Part shown: in pieces, positions 12,201 through 24,019 of the stretch
Numbering within the stretch: position 1 is the first letter of the stretch
Layout of the letters: each line of letters opens with the position of its first letter
Origin: Convolutriloba macropyga
Lineage: Eukaryota
Reading direction: 5' to 3'
Assembly: GCF_964194025.1 (NCBI RefSeq)
Contig: NC_134471.1
Span: forward strand, 62,248,001 to 62,312,000
DNA length: 64,000 bases
Position numbers and translations under genes: made by a program
Notes under the pieces: generated by a model
The model's database searches: none
What the model saw: the letters and a program-made list of their open reading frames with translations, nothing else
What the model was told of the DNA's origin: nothing

Positions 12201-14442
12201 TTTTCAAATCTCAAAAATCTATTTTTGATTATCTCTTTGTCAAAAAAGTAAGTCAAAAGACAGTTGAGTCAAAAATGTAGATGAGCGCGGGTCGGAACAT
12301 CATGTGCAAACGCACATTAACGAGCCGCCTTGTTATGTCTAAAATTCTTTCAAGGTGAAAGCAAAGACATGATGAAGCGCACTCAATGACATATGACAAA
12401 ATATTCTGAAACTTCTTAAAAAGACTAGCTGCTTTATTGTAGTAATTCTAACCGTTTTCTCCCCGTTATATAAAAGAGAAAGAGCATATAAGGGCGTAAA
12501 TATAAAATTCACTCGAAAAAGTTTTTAAGGATGAAAGGTTTCAAGCACGTTTGATGCCTACAGAAGTTTGCGTCCCTTCCATTCTTTTTCGAAAAATTTG
12601 AGGAAAGAAGGCTTTTCTGCAGTCTGCTAAAACGAAATATATTACAGAATTAGAATGAGTTCCATTATTGGACACTTTGTGAAGGGTGTCAGTGGACAAG
12701 ATGATGCACTGCTGCAGTTCCTTTCAATTGTTATCTTGCAACCTGTAAACGAGTTATTTTGAGTAATTTTGGTTTACTTTTTTTGATTGCTCTCGAACAA
12801 AGTTGGAAACAATTATTGTAAACGTGTCTTTTTTATGCACAATTTTTGCTTGACCGTATGTGCGCTTTTGTTCTAGAACATTCTTCACTCTCAAGTGATT
12901 TTTTCACGCGTGAGCTCCTAATTTTTGCCTGATCTTAGTTTTTGCTTGACATGCGGGCGGAGTTATAAAATCAGAGGTAAAGTCTCCTGCTAACATAAAT
13001 CCTATTGTGAGCGATAACCGATCAAAGTCCCTATGGCATAGTGACGAAGGTGGTAGAGTTCTATCCTGGTGGTGGCTAGTTTGAACCCCTCAAAAGTCGG
13101 ATGTTTTGCACCCACAAAAAACTACCTCTTGTATATTAATTTATTCTACTTGTAGTTCGAGAGCAATGCCTCCGAAGCCAGTATGTTTGTTCGTCCTGGT
13201 TTTGAATTTGGTTAGATAAAATTGATTTGTTGGTTATCTTCTCGCATTAAAATAATGCTTCTTTATCAGCTGAAACCCAAAACAGAACCCGACACTACAG
13301 ATGCCTCTGGCAATAATCCAGCAGGCACCAATTCTTTAACTTCTGACCAGAACTCAACCGTGTCCTCGACATCAGCTGCACAGGGTCAACTTAATTCAGC
13401 ACAAGGAGGCAGTGGGGGAGGAGATTCCTCGACACCAATGGACACCTCGACGTCTGGATCTGGAGTTGGCGCTGGCATGGTTCCGTCTTTCGTTGTGCAA
13501 CATGATCCAGTGAGTTCTAGTTATTTTGCATTGCCATGTCAACTATGATTGAAATTTATAATCTAAAATCGGTAAACATTTTTTGCCTCTTTAGGTCTGC
13601 TTTCTTTCAGAAACCATGAGAACTCTCACATTTTTCTTCCAAGTTGAATAGATCCCTATTTTATATTTCGTAATTGATCCATAATCGATTATTTAGAGCA
13701 TTTGACTCATTGTAGCCAGTGAAATGGTTTTACCGTCAGCTAATGAATTAATGTGAAATAAAAACTTATTTCCCAACGCATAGCGTTACAGGCCGGGATG
13801 ATGTCGACAGCAATGACCGATCTGGTCGTCACTGTTGTCCACGCGTGCTCAAAAACTGCCATCATAAACATATTGGACGGATACTTCCAATGTTTAAGCA
13901 AATTTGAGTTTCGCTTACTGTGTTCACATGCGCTTTCAACTCTGATCTTCAAACGTAATCGTGAATAGCACTGACATTTCGAAGTAAATTTACTCGATAA
14001 AAATGTACTGATTGTAACGTAATGAGAATTGAAATTTGATCATCAATGAAGGAACCAGCGTGCACAAAATTAATGTTTACAGCTTAAGATCAGCTTAACT
14101 AACAGCTGACTTCATCGGAGACCAAGGAATTATACTTGCCTAGTTTTAGTGATCTATCATCTTTCTGAGCTCCAAATGTTTAATTTAAACAACCTCAATT
14201 TTCTTTTCTAAAATTCAACTGATGCGAAATTGAGATTAATTTGTCTTCAGGTAGTGATTCCACATGGCAAAGTATCAATCCTGAAGGGTCACGAGTCAGA
14301 AGTGTTCTCTTGTGCTTGGAACCCAAAGAGAGATCTTCTGGCTTCTGGAAGTGGAGACTCGACTGCCAGAATCTGGAATGTGGAGGAACAGGAGCCAAGT
14401 CATAAGAGGCTGCAGCATTGCATCAATGAAGGGGGTCAAGAG
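222..14442 (+). CDS. TBL1XR1: TBL1X/TBL1XR1 (ebi) family F-box-like/LisH/WD40 corepressor subunit, 5' part only (exons 222-262, 613-710, 4368-4534, 13270-13509, 14251-14442; 246 codons), truncated before the assembly gap
   Basis: Spliced translation [14 protein letters not shown]|[32 protein letters not shown]|[24 protein letters not shown]...[13 protein letters not shown]...|...|[42 protein letters not shown]...[11 protein letters not shown] matches the TBL1 LisH/F-box-like N-terminus and first WD40 repeat. All introns are GT-AG with compatible phases. The symbol is family-level (invertebrates usually have one TBL1/ebi gene). Confidence 0.93.
613..710 (+). CDS. TBL1XR1: TBL1 coding exon 2 (LisH)
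   Basis: Acceptor [27 protein letters not shown], donor AG|GTGCGT. Confidence 0.92.
731..4130 (+). mobile_element. Non-autonomous Helentron-type element (HINE-like family B) filling TBL1 intron 2
   Basis: 5' subTIR AATAGCCGCC (731-740) and its reverse complement GGCGGCTATT (4096-4105), followed by hairpin CCGGCA-ATC-TGCCGG (4108-4122) and a GTTT end. Internal segments are shared with 51860-53880 and 60368-61360. Confidence 0.68.
1186..2690. repeat. Internal tandem duplication, ~620-bp unit, two copies plus a deleted third
   Basis: GGAGGTTTTTGATCAGTTTTGCTGA..TTCAGAC recurs at ~1186, ~1813 and ~2426 with colinear downstream sequence. Confidence 0.85.
4368..4534 (+). CDS. TBL1XR1: TBL1 coding exon 3 (F-box-like)
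   Basis: [23 protein letters not shown]...[13 protein letters not shown]. The donor CAG|GTCACA is weak, so the 3' boundary is less certain. Confidence 0.88.
5117..5690. repeat. Tandem duplication, ~298-bp unit x2
   Basis: AAAAGGGTGTTTGTAAAAATTGTTTAGT...TTTTTATTTTTTCATTTATA is repeated; paired near-identical spurious ORFs at 5181/5475 and 5258/5552. Confidence 0.88.
9314..12334 (+). mobile_element. Non-autonomous Helentron-type element (HINE/DINE-1-like family A), copy 1, in TBL1 intron 3
   Basis: 5' subTIR TGTTCCGACCC (9315-9325), 3' subTIR GGGTCGGAACA (12289-12299), hairpin ATGTGC-AAAC-GCACAT (12302-12317), end CCGCCTTGTT. An inverted homologue lies at 56684-59224. Confidence 0.78.
13270..13509 (+). 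CDS. TBL1XR1: TBL1 coding exon 4 (low-complexity S/G/T linker)
   Basis: GC-richer island in AT-rich intron, acceptor TTTATCAG, donor CCA|GTGAGT, phase 0/0. It fits the variable linker between the F-box-like domain and WD40. Confidence 0.78.
14251..14442 (+). CDS. TBL1XR1: TBL1 coding exon 5 (WD40 repeat 1)
   Basis: [31 protein letters not shown], acceptor TTGTCTTCAG, donor GAG|GTAAGA. Confidence 0.93.
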
Positions 14443-15348
14443 GTAAGAATATAGTCAAAATGCAAATAACAATCGTTCAACTCAGCTTTGGCTCAAATGA
14501 TTTCGCTGTTCAGGGGTTTGAGAAACGATAGTTCAATCTGAGTGTTATTTCGATTATGTAAAATTGTTGAAATTCCTTCATTTCGCCGCAGAATCCTTAA
14601 TTTGCAGCAAAATCTTGCTTTTCCAAACATATCAAAAAGGATCCAATAGTGTTAAGTCAATATTTGCTGAAAAACCCAAAAATTGTTGAGGCTAATCCAA
14701 GCCAATTTAGTTCAATGCAGGAAGGACCAACAGAGGAAAATGACAATTTTCGAAAAGTGAAAAAAATTGGTAATTTTCTGTGGATATGTTTTGTAGAAGC
14801 AGAATTTTCTACAAAAAAACTGGAATAACAAACGATTCTTTTTAGAGCTTGTTCGCTTCTTTCCTCAAAATTCAACAAAAATTGGTTGAGCTCATCTTCC
14901 AAACGCTTCTTTCCTCTAAATTCAACAAAAATTGGTTGTTCAGATCGGTCATTCAACAAAAATTGGTTGAACCCAAAAACTGGTTAACGGAATGCAAAAA
15001 TTGGCGAAATGAAGGTATATATGGACTAGGACACTAACTTGTTGAAAGCGAGAGAATCCGCTCAAACAATAGATTAGTGAAAACAGGAAAGAACGTGGAA
15101 AAATATGATAAACTTAGTTGGGCAACTTTTGGTTGTTTCGTGGCAAGGCAGTTTCGCATTGCGTTTTGAGTAATTTCTAGCTTTACCTAAGTAAATTTGT
15201 TTTTTTTTCAGATTATGTAAACAGCTTAAATCGGTTGAAATTGGACTTTGTTAACATCAGCTCTTGTGGCTTTGTGATAGTGAGTCGTAGGAACGCATTT
15301 CCACGCTGGTGCTGACTTCGAGAATATAAATAATACTTTTGTCTTTAT

Positions 15349-15528
15349 TATAGCTGCGAAGCTGTAAGCTGAGCGTAGCTATATTGCGGTGCTCTTGGTT
15401 TTTACGACTCGAAGAGGAGTATTGATATTCTACAGGTTTTTACGACTCGAAGAGGAGTAATGAGATTCTACAGGTTTTTTTTTTTAGCAGAAAGCAAGTT
15501 TGTTCATGACCTGAATTTTGACTTCTTT
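15349..15528 (+). mobile_element. 5' end of HINE-like family B copy, running into the gap
   Basis: TATAGCTGCGAAGCTG.AAGCTGAG..AGCTATA matches the 5' end at 60368, followed by TTTTTACGACTCGAAGAGGAG as at ~820. Confidence 0.65.
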
Positions 15529-15728
15529 NNNNNNNNNNNNNNNNNNNNNNNNNNNNNNNNNNNNNNNNNNNNNNNNNNNNNNNNNNNNNNNNNNNNNNNN
15601 NNNNNNNNNNNNNNNNNNNNNNNNNNNNNNNNNNNNNNNNNNNNNNNNNNNNNNNNNNNNNNNNNNNNNNNNNNNNNNNNNNNNNNNNNNNNNNNNNNNN
15701 NNNNNNNNNNNNNNNNNNNNNNNNNNNN
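15529..15728. other. Assembly gap (200 N)
   Basis: Exactly 200 N; the round number suggests a scaffolding spacer of unknown true size. Confidence 0.99.
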
Positions 15729-18369
15729 CACTGGAAAGGAAGGGCGAGAAAAAATAATAAAAAAAACAAGTCACAACATATTTAAAGATTAAAATGACAT
15801 CATTTTTTTCATTCGCCGGTAAGCTCTATGAGAAAAATTTAAACTGAATAAACTAAAAACAACTTCTTTTAGATGCCAATAATCATCATTGGGGTAGTCC
15901 AAGGAGCGGTTATAAAGAACTTTGGTTACGAGAACCATAATTTAATAATGTCGACAATTTTTCTATGCAGCTGCTTTCGATGTCAAATAAATTGACAGAA
16001 TAGCCGAAAAATTAATTCACACAGTTGAAACTTTGCACTTATGGAAACAAATTGTTGCTTTTAATAACAGTCGGGTTGAATTCTGAGATTGACATGGGGA
16101 TAACAGCAAAAGTAGCAGCCAAAGCACTGCAGGAAAACAAAAATGCAAAAATTTGAGTTCTTTCTTGTCTCAGAAGTAGAGTTTCATGCCCTGAAGCTTA
16201 TTTTGTTTTTGCTGCTCTTTCTCAGTGTGATAACTCTTTCTGCTTCTTCAAAATTGACTTCCAGTTCTGCTCAAAATTGTCAAAAAAATATGAGGAGTTT
16301 TTTAATTATAAACTTAATGCTCCCAAATCAATCTATAATATGAAATTGGATCTCAATAATAACTGAGCAGTTGGAGCTGCTCCAATAACGCATATTCGTT
16401 GCTGTATAACTGGAGGACACAAATATGATATAACAAATCATCATTGGCAGAAAAGTTGATCAATATTTATAAAATTCAGCCCAAAAGAGTACAGCGGAGA
16501 AAGAGTCAGCGTTGACTGGTGTTCAGTCGATTGTTTGTGCCGCCAACAATGCATTCTTTACTGAATCTTCCTCTTTGTGTTAGGTTCGATTAAAAAGTTC
16601 TCGAAGTTTGTTTTGTTTGATATAAAACTTCATAATTTTTCGACTTTCAATATTTTGGTTAATTAGCCATTTATAGATTGACCTCAAAAGATTTTCTCTG
16701 TTTGTCATGACTTTAACAAAGATTTACAATGAACTGAAAGCTGATTGAATAGTTTGACTAATACAGGTGCGGAAAAGTGTTTAACATTCATGGAAACGTC
16801 ACAATTTCTAGCAAATTTGTTTCTCAATTTTTTCTGTAATATACATGGAGCCATTGAGAAAATTAAAATTTACCATCAAAAAACGCTAGTCGTACATGAA
16901 TATTTTTCGAGCAAACATTTTAACTAAATTTGTACAAAAATTGGTCTAACTTGCCTGAAATTGTGGGTAGAAAATGGTGAACATTTTTTTAAAAGAAAAT
17001 CCTAAAATTTTTCTTCACTCTGAAAATCTAGACGCAAAGAGCCTCAATTTTATACACTACCCTGATCCGCAATTGTCTGAACGAAAATGACGCTAGCATA
17101 AAGTTTCTCCCATTTTGGTTCAATTTTTATCACTCTACTGATAAATAGATGCACAGCTTAATGGCCTGCTCTTAGTTTTTTGTCGTGAAGATTTTGTTTA
17201 CAGCCATATGACACCACAGTCACTTCAGATCTGCTTTTTGCTCGTCCGTTCATTCAATTTCTGAATTGTTTGCTTGAATTAATTTTTGGCTCTTAGTGGA
17301 GGCAGTTATTTTGTTCGTTTTCGCGATTAGATTTATAGCCAAACGTGATTTTTCAGCTGTTCTCAAAAATGACTTCCTCACTCTAAAATCGAAATTTTTA
17401 ATTTAATTCACAGAGATTTAAAATGAACTGAAAATTGAAGTGTAGCATACAAAGTGAAGAACTTTGTACAGCTGGGACTATACAAATCTCTCGTACTACC
17501 GTTGCTACTAAAAACGCATTGAATTGTCTGAGCCCCTCGAAAATACATCTGGATGTCCGTTAAGTGGGTCTCAGGTCAGCAGGACTCATACAAAAGTCAT
17601 CTCAGCTTTCTGAATATCTTTCCACTACCTATGTATCTGCAAATTAACAATCCGTTAAAACCCTCAAATAGATGAGCAAGGAAAATGAACACGTTGTTCT
17701 ACGACATATCAATTGAATGTGAGGACGAAAGACAGATTTTTTCAATCTGAGAAAAACGAGAACTGAGAAAACGAGATGCGAGTTTATCCTCAAAAACGGC
17801 AGAATACCGGACAGAATTGATAATGCAATCAACCTACTTAAAAACCGAAGGCCTCAGTAATCGAATTCTGAGGTTAATTATGACTGTTATTTGTTTACGC
17901 ACCATTTAGAATCTCAAAAGTGCAGGAATATTAAAACAGATAATATTTGAGTTTTTGCTTGAGTAAAGTTTCAAACGATTTAAGTTTCAAATAAAAATAG
18001 AGTTTTTTCCACTCAACAGCGACGGCATGCGAGAACAAACGTCTTCCAAATTAGAGCAAAATTTGGGACCAAAAAGTTGTAAAAATTTTGAGACGTTGTA
18101 AACATCGTATTTCGTTTCGTTAGTTCAAATGAATATAGTGGGAGTTCGACAGGACGATTTACATAGCGATGCGCATACCATATGTTTTTGAACACAATTT
18201 GTAGTGTAAATGGCAACTAGTGTAACTGCTTCTGGTACAAAGGGAATGATGCTGAGAGTGACACTCGAATTATCTAAGCGGCAGAGTTCATTATTTGTGA
18301 AGTTTTGCTTAAAAAAATTTCACAGACGTGCAGCACACGTAATAACAGTGAAACTTTAATTAACTCAAT

Positions 18370-21350
18370 TAAAACTGTCGTTTTTACTTCATCTCGAATT
18401 GGCCCACAATTCATGGAATTGAACAAAAATCAATTCGATTGACCAAAGTTGATCTGTCGTTGCAGAGTAAGTTGAAAATCAACATAACAACCTAGAACTT
18501 TTACTTTTTTAGTCTAGTCATCTCCTTCTACCAGACGTAGAGCACCATGGGTAACAATTTTACAATTCCGCATAATTATAGATTAAATATCGTCCGCACT
18601 TAATTACAATTTTGCCTTTCTGAACCAATATTGAATCGAGGTCAAAAAATCAACCAAAAGAATTGACTGAGGATCAAACCGAATAAAGAAGAACGGTACT
18701 ATCTGCCAGTACTAGAAATGACAGTTTGTTCCCAGTTCTTCTCTTTTATCTTCTAAACGCATGTAACAGGAAAAAAGGTAACGGACCAAGAACCGACCCT
18801 TGTTGCAGAACCCTCTTAATTTTATTATCACCAGAAAGAGGTCCAACTATGATAAACTCTTGAGAACGATGCGAATGAAAATTTTCAATAAACAGTAAAA
18901 CCACAGACTGCAAACCAATCTTTTTTGCTAATATCTTAAATAAAAACTGATGAATAATAATAATAAACGCTGTGGAGAGGTCTAAATTAGTATACATCAC
19001 GGAACGCGACTCGTCTAGATAACAAAAGAGATCATTAAAGACCTTCAACAAAGCCGTTTCCGTTGAATGCGAGCAATAACAAGCACTCTGATAATTGACC
19101 TTGAGATTATTGGGTTCGAGATACAAATTAGTTTGCTCAAAAAAACCCTTTCAAAAAATTTGACAGGAATCTTAGATTTGTCACAGTGCGATATTCGGAC
19201 ATCAACTCAATATTGAGATTAAACTTCTTTATGAGTGGCTTCGCAACTCCTTGTCTGAACTGATTTTGAAGGATTGTATCTTTTTTGGAGAGTTAAGTTA
19301 ACTAACGGAATGAAGTAGTCCGGAGAATTTCAAAATTTTTTTTACATAACCTCGTTGGTGTTACATCACTCGGTGTTGTAATATTCAAATTATTAGGCAA
19401 AAGTTATTGCAATCCGTTCCATGTAGAAATTGTCTACGAAAATTGTATGTAAACTATTCAATTTTTTATTCAATACGTTAAATGTAGTGAAACTAATACG
19501 GTTTCTATTTTCTGATCAAAGAGAGCATTACATTTCTTTGCTAGACAGTCAGGCTCTTCTAGTGGCTGCGGCAGGATGAAAATTTTTCTTGAGAATTGCT
19601 GCATCATAAGAGACCTAACTCGCTCATTTTCTCAAGCGACACATACTTCAAATTATTAACTTTTCTTATTGGTAAATAGCTCAAAATAATCCAAAACTGG
19701 ATTAAAACACCAGCTTGGGAATCTCCATTCCTCCTGTAAGCTTTCTCAAATTTTCATCTCTATCTTTTTATCGTTCTTAGCTCAACGTCAAAGAAAGGGC
19801 CCGTATGATTTCTCCGAATTTATTGTTCAGAGGCTGGTTTTTGGAACATAACTGAGTTCGTTCAATAAAAAAACTGTTCCAAACATTCTCAAGATAATCT
19901 CTAACAATCGAAGCAAAATATTGTTCAACAAACGCTACCGAGTCAAAACTTTGCCATTTCCTACACGATGTTTTCTTTACGGCTAAAATCTTGTGCTTCT
20001 GTGGAAGGTAAAATCGCAAAGCTCCTTGATCAGTGCTTGTAACGAAATTTACAAGAGGTTCTGATACTTCAGCCTCTTGGGATGTTATTAAATTGTCTAA
20101 AATTACCCGCACCTATTTGAGTACGCACTGTAAAGTGCTGTTGCGAACCAAATTCATTCAAAAAGAAATCCAATTTCCTGATGCATCATTTGATAGCAGA
20201 ATAGAAACATTGATATCACCTACAACAATTTATTTGAATAACTGCGCTTTCTCTTCAAAAAAAATGTTAACTCATTTGTAAAGACACGTACAATAAGATT
20301 TGGTCGACGGTATATACAATCCAAAAATATAACAACTTGACCAGTTTAAACTCAAGAAAAGGTACCTCCGCGTTGGTTCAACGTTTGTTTTAAAAGCTAT
20401 CAACACTTAAATTTCATCATAGAACACCGCTAATCCATAGCCACTTTTTCCTTTTTGTTTGCACTGAAGTAATATTAACGCTCTGGGCATTAATGCTGGA
20501 GATAAAATTCATCATTTGCATTTTCTTTGACCCATGTTTTTGATAAAACTATAAGGTTAAAATCATTAGCTTCAATAGGATTTCTAGTTTGCGAGGGTTG
20601 CAAATTGATTTTGCGTTACGTAAAAAAACTTTTACACGGTCTCTAACAGATTTGAATTTAGATAGTCATGTATCAAAGGAGGCCAGCCATTCTCTCGTTT
20701 TCTGGTTTAAGTAAACATATGAAAATGAATTATTTTTGGGCCAGAAATTGGGAAATTCAGCTTGATAACTTTCAAATATGAATACACAGTGGAAAGATTT
20801 CAGATGATATTCTTATCTGGATAATTCACGGATACATAAGAGATCTTTTTCCTTGTTTTTGAAATATTTTCTTATATCATCAGTAGATACAGAGTTGCTT
20901 AAATGACCAATGTATAGATGCCGTCTTTACGTTGGCCTTTCAATTGCACTTGTTGTCGTCTGATATATAATATTTGTGCCCGTCGTGAGAACGTTTGGCT
21001 TTCTGTCTTAGGGCTCTTTGTCGGCAAACATGTTCTCATTGCTTTCAGCTTTCCCTTTTGTTGTATTACAATTGTTGTCAATATGATTTCTGAAAGTATC
21101 CCAAACATACGTGTAATTTGGTTTATACAGAGAATTTATCTCCAGCTTCACTGACTGAATTTTAGAAATCAGCAAGTCCATTTTTTCTATTTGAACTTCA
21201 AGTGCAGGTATTCGATCAAAAGCTAAAAACTGTGCAGTAAAAGTTGGCAAACATCTCGGACAATTCCGAGTAAACAGAAAATCTAATTCCTATTATCCTT
21301 ATAAATAACTACAAGTAACAAATAAAACAGCCGAACAAATGCCGAGCATT
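18370..21350 (-). mobile_element. Decayed L2/CR1-group LINE (ORF1 + APE endonuclease + RT), 3'-truncated
   Basis: Minus-strand RT motifs HSTETALLKVFNDL...LDLSTAF...QGSVLGPL (18746-19126). APE-like NAKSICN / SETW / GIYRRP / IVGDIN motifs at ~20200-20620. ORF1-like fragments at 20700-21290. Many stops and frameshifts. Confidence 0.8.
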
Positions 21351-22358
21351 CTCGCGTCAAATGTTGACTGAGAAAATAACTTAGTGTAGCAAAATTTCAA
21401 AAGCTTGTCAAGAATTCTCGAGCCAAAAATTTGATCTCGGAAATCAGGACTTCAGTGTTCGTTCAATAGTACACCGTTTGCAGTAGTCGACTATGAAGGA
21501 TACAAGTTCCTTCCGCCAGAATCTGAATTCACAGATAACTGGGGCTACCCAAACAAAATGCGGTCTCCGGTACAAAAGAAAGCAATTACAATCAGGAAAT
21601 GAAACAGAAATAAATAGCCTATTGGTTGTACGTGGAGACGTTTTAATAAAATTATCACAATAATTAGGCTAAGTTAATGTGCCTCGCAACTCTGCTGAGA
21701 CTGCCAAAAGTAAAAAACCACCTGAACAAAAACTTAAGAAGGCTAAAGAGGAAACGTTCCATCGACAACAGTCGAAAATCGATAACAACAACAACAAAAA
21801 AAGATAAGGTCAAGTGAGTGTGTTTCACTCGAATTGAATGTTCTTTAAGAGCAGCTAAAAGAAGCAGCATTAAATTATGCAAATTCTTCATCAAAATATA
21901 TTAAATTAACATTTAATGAATAAAAATCCGTGCTTCTTCTACTAATTTTTGAGATTAGAGTTTTTGCGGCTATTTTCTGACAATCTGCCAGCTATGTTGA
22001 ATTACTTGTCAATCGCGCTGTCAATTGAAATCAATCGCGCTCTCCATTGAGTTTTTAAATAGAATCTACAACGAAATGGTTTCCTACACTTGGAGGATTT
22101 TTTGTTCCTTTGGCTCATGCGACTCCTCAGGAATATTGTGCCACTTGAAAACTGAAGGGTCAACAACCCCTGGAAGGAATTTTAATGATTTCCTACTAAT
22201 AATCAAAATTTACCCACTAAAGAGTCACATGTTTGATAATACGAAATTTGTGCGCGTATATGCCATCTGTGGCCAAAACAAATTGAAACGATTTCATTAA
22301 ATTCAGTCTCATAGACACGTGTGATTGTTATCATTGTTTTGTTATTGTTCTTGAGGCT

Positions 22359-23770
22359 TTACAGTAAGAAATTGAGGTGAGTTGATTCCAAAAATGAGTT
22401 TAGAAAATTAACCACGTTTCCCTGCAGTTCTGGCAGTCGCACGCGATTAACGAGGTGCAGGAGTTGAGTTCGGTGTAGGTAGCATCTACAGTTCTCCAAG
22501 ATAGCTTGATCAGTCGCCTTTGACGTTGAAGGATTGTAGGATGTTTTTAATTTTTCGGTAGATGGGACAGAATTATTGTCAACAGTTTCTTTGGCATCTT
22601 TAGCGGTCCCTTGTACTCTGAAGCTTGATGGGATGTTGAGAACGTCTAATTTCAATTTTGGTTTTGTGTCTGGGGAAGTTAACACGGAGGTAGCTTTGTC
22701 CAGCGTTGTGGCCGTCACTTTATCTTAGTATTTTTTTTCAATTTTTTTTATATGACTTCGAACATAGATTTGCAAGTTTCGATGCAACAAGTCGAGAACT
22801 TGTTTCTCTGATTGGAGAGCTTTTCACTGATTTTTGGGTCTGAAATTTCAGACTCTGTCTTCGGTAATGATCTGCATCTGATGAAAATGTCTCGTTCTCC
22901 ATTGTCCAGACAGGTGTTGAACATGAGCCTGCATTTATTCCCGATTTCTTTGATTCTATTGATGACAACGTTTGAGACAACTATTCATTCGCTTGTCAGA
23001 TTCATGTTCTAGTTGTAGCCAACAAAACAGTAGGTTTTTTCTGAAGGAGCAAAGTTATTTTTGCTAGTCTTGCAGTCATTCACCACGATTACTTTTTATT
23101 TGAGCCCAACAATTGATCCTAGACACCATTAAAAGAAACTGAGAGAACAAAAGATTGAACTTTTTACTTTAGCCCAGGAAATTAATCCAGGACACTGGTC
23201 TGGTTCAGTAGAGTCTCCTTTCTCTTCTAGTCTTTAAGGGCTACTGTCTCTTGTTTCTGATGAGACGGATATCATCATCAAATTTCCTCATGAATGTCAG
23301 GGACTGGATTTCGAGGCTGTAGTCTTGATGGAGTTCCTGGTATTTGGCGAATAGCTTTTGGTCTTTCTGCTTCCTCATTGAAAGCAAGTCTTTCAGAAGG
23401 TTGAGGACTGGGATGTTGGTTTCTGTCATGTGGCTGTTGATTTTTTGATACCAGACCACTGACAGTAGACGATGCCAGACATACTTAAGATTTTTGATTT
23501 TTTTTTACCAGTTGTTGAGTCGACATAGGGTGACGTAGATGAAATTGATCCTTCCCGATGGAAAAATTTTTGGCGTCGTGCCACAAAATGAAACCACCGT
23601 CTGGTGGGACTTGTTTTTGGATTTTTGAGACGAGTTTGTGCTGGGCTCTGATGATTTAGATGCAGACCAGGGATTGCGATGATGTCGGAATCGAACAAAT
23701 GTTGTCGTCTACCACGTTTCCAGGTTTCGATTGCGTGACGGAGACTGCTTAATCAGAGTATATAAACCAT
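22359..23770 (-). pseudogene. Intronless, frameshifted coding-like region, S/T/K-rich, possible C-terminal SOCS-box-like motif
   Basis: Four consecutive minus-strand ORF fragments (23698-23426, 23459-23241, 22980-22738, 22718-22359), higher GC than flanks, some breaks at homopolymer runs. No family was recognised with confidence. Confidence 0.4.
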
Positions 23771-24019
23771 TAAGAGGCAAAAACTGCTGCCTCTGACATT
23801 CAAATAACTAAAATTGAACTATTTTATTACAGATCGTTTTCACAAGTCAAATTAACTGAGGTTAGCAAGCAATTCAGAAAACGTTTTTCAAAGACTTTTT
23901 TAGCAGTTTCTCTTCAACTGTTTGCGAAAATGTAGGCTAACATTCTTGTTTTACTGAACAGTAAAATGGCTAATCATGTCTATTTTTCATCTGCCCCTGT
24001 TTATTCAATGTTTTTGCAG

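Noticed and set aside
13020-13120. Functional tRNA gene
   Set aside because: No acceptor or anticodon stem pairing; kept only as a weak SINE-remnant note
15440-15792. ORFs containing poly-X
   Set aside because: Artefacts of the 200-N gap
23241-23460. Multiple in-frame TGA codons as selenocysteine or alternative genetic code
   Set aside because: Other frames are open over the same stretch, TAA stops also occur, no SECIS was recognised, and host genes use the standard code (COMMD5 ends in TGA)
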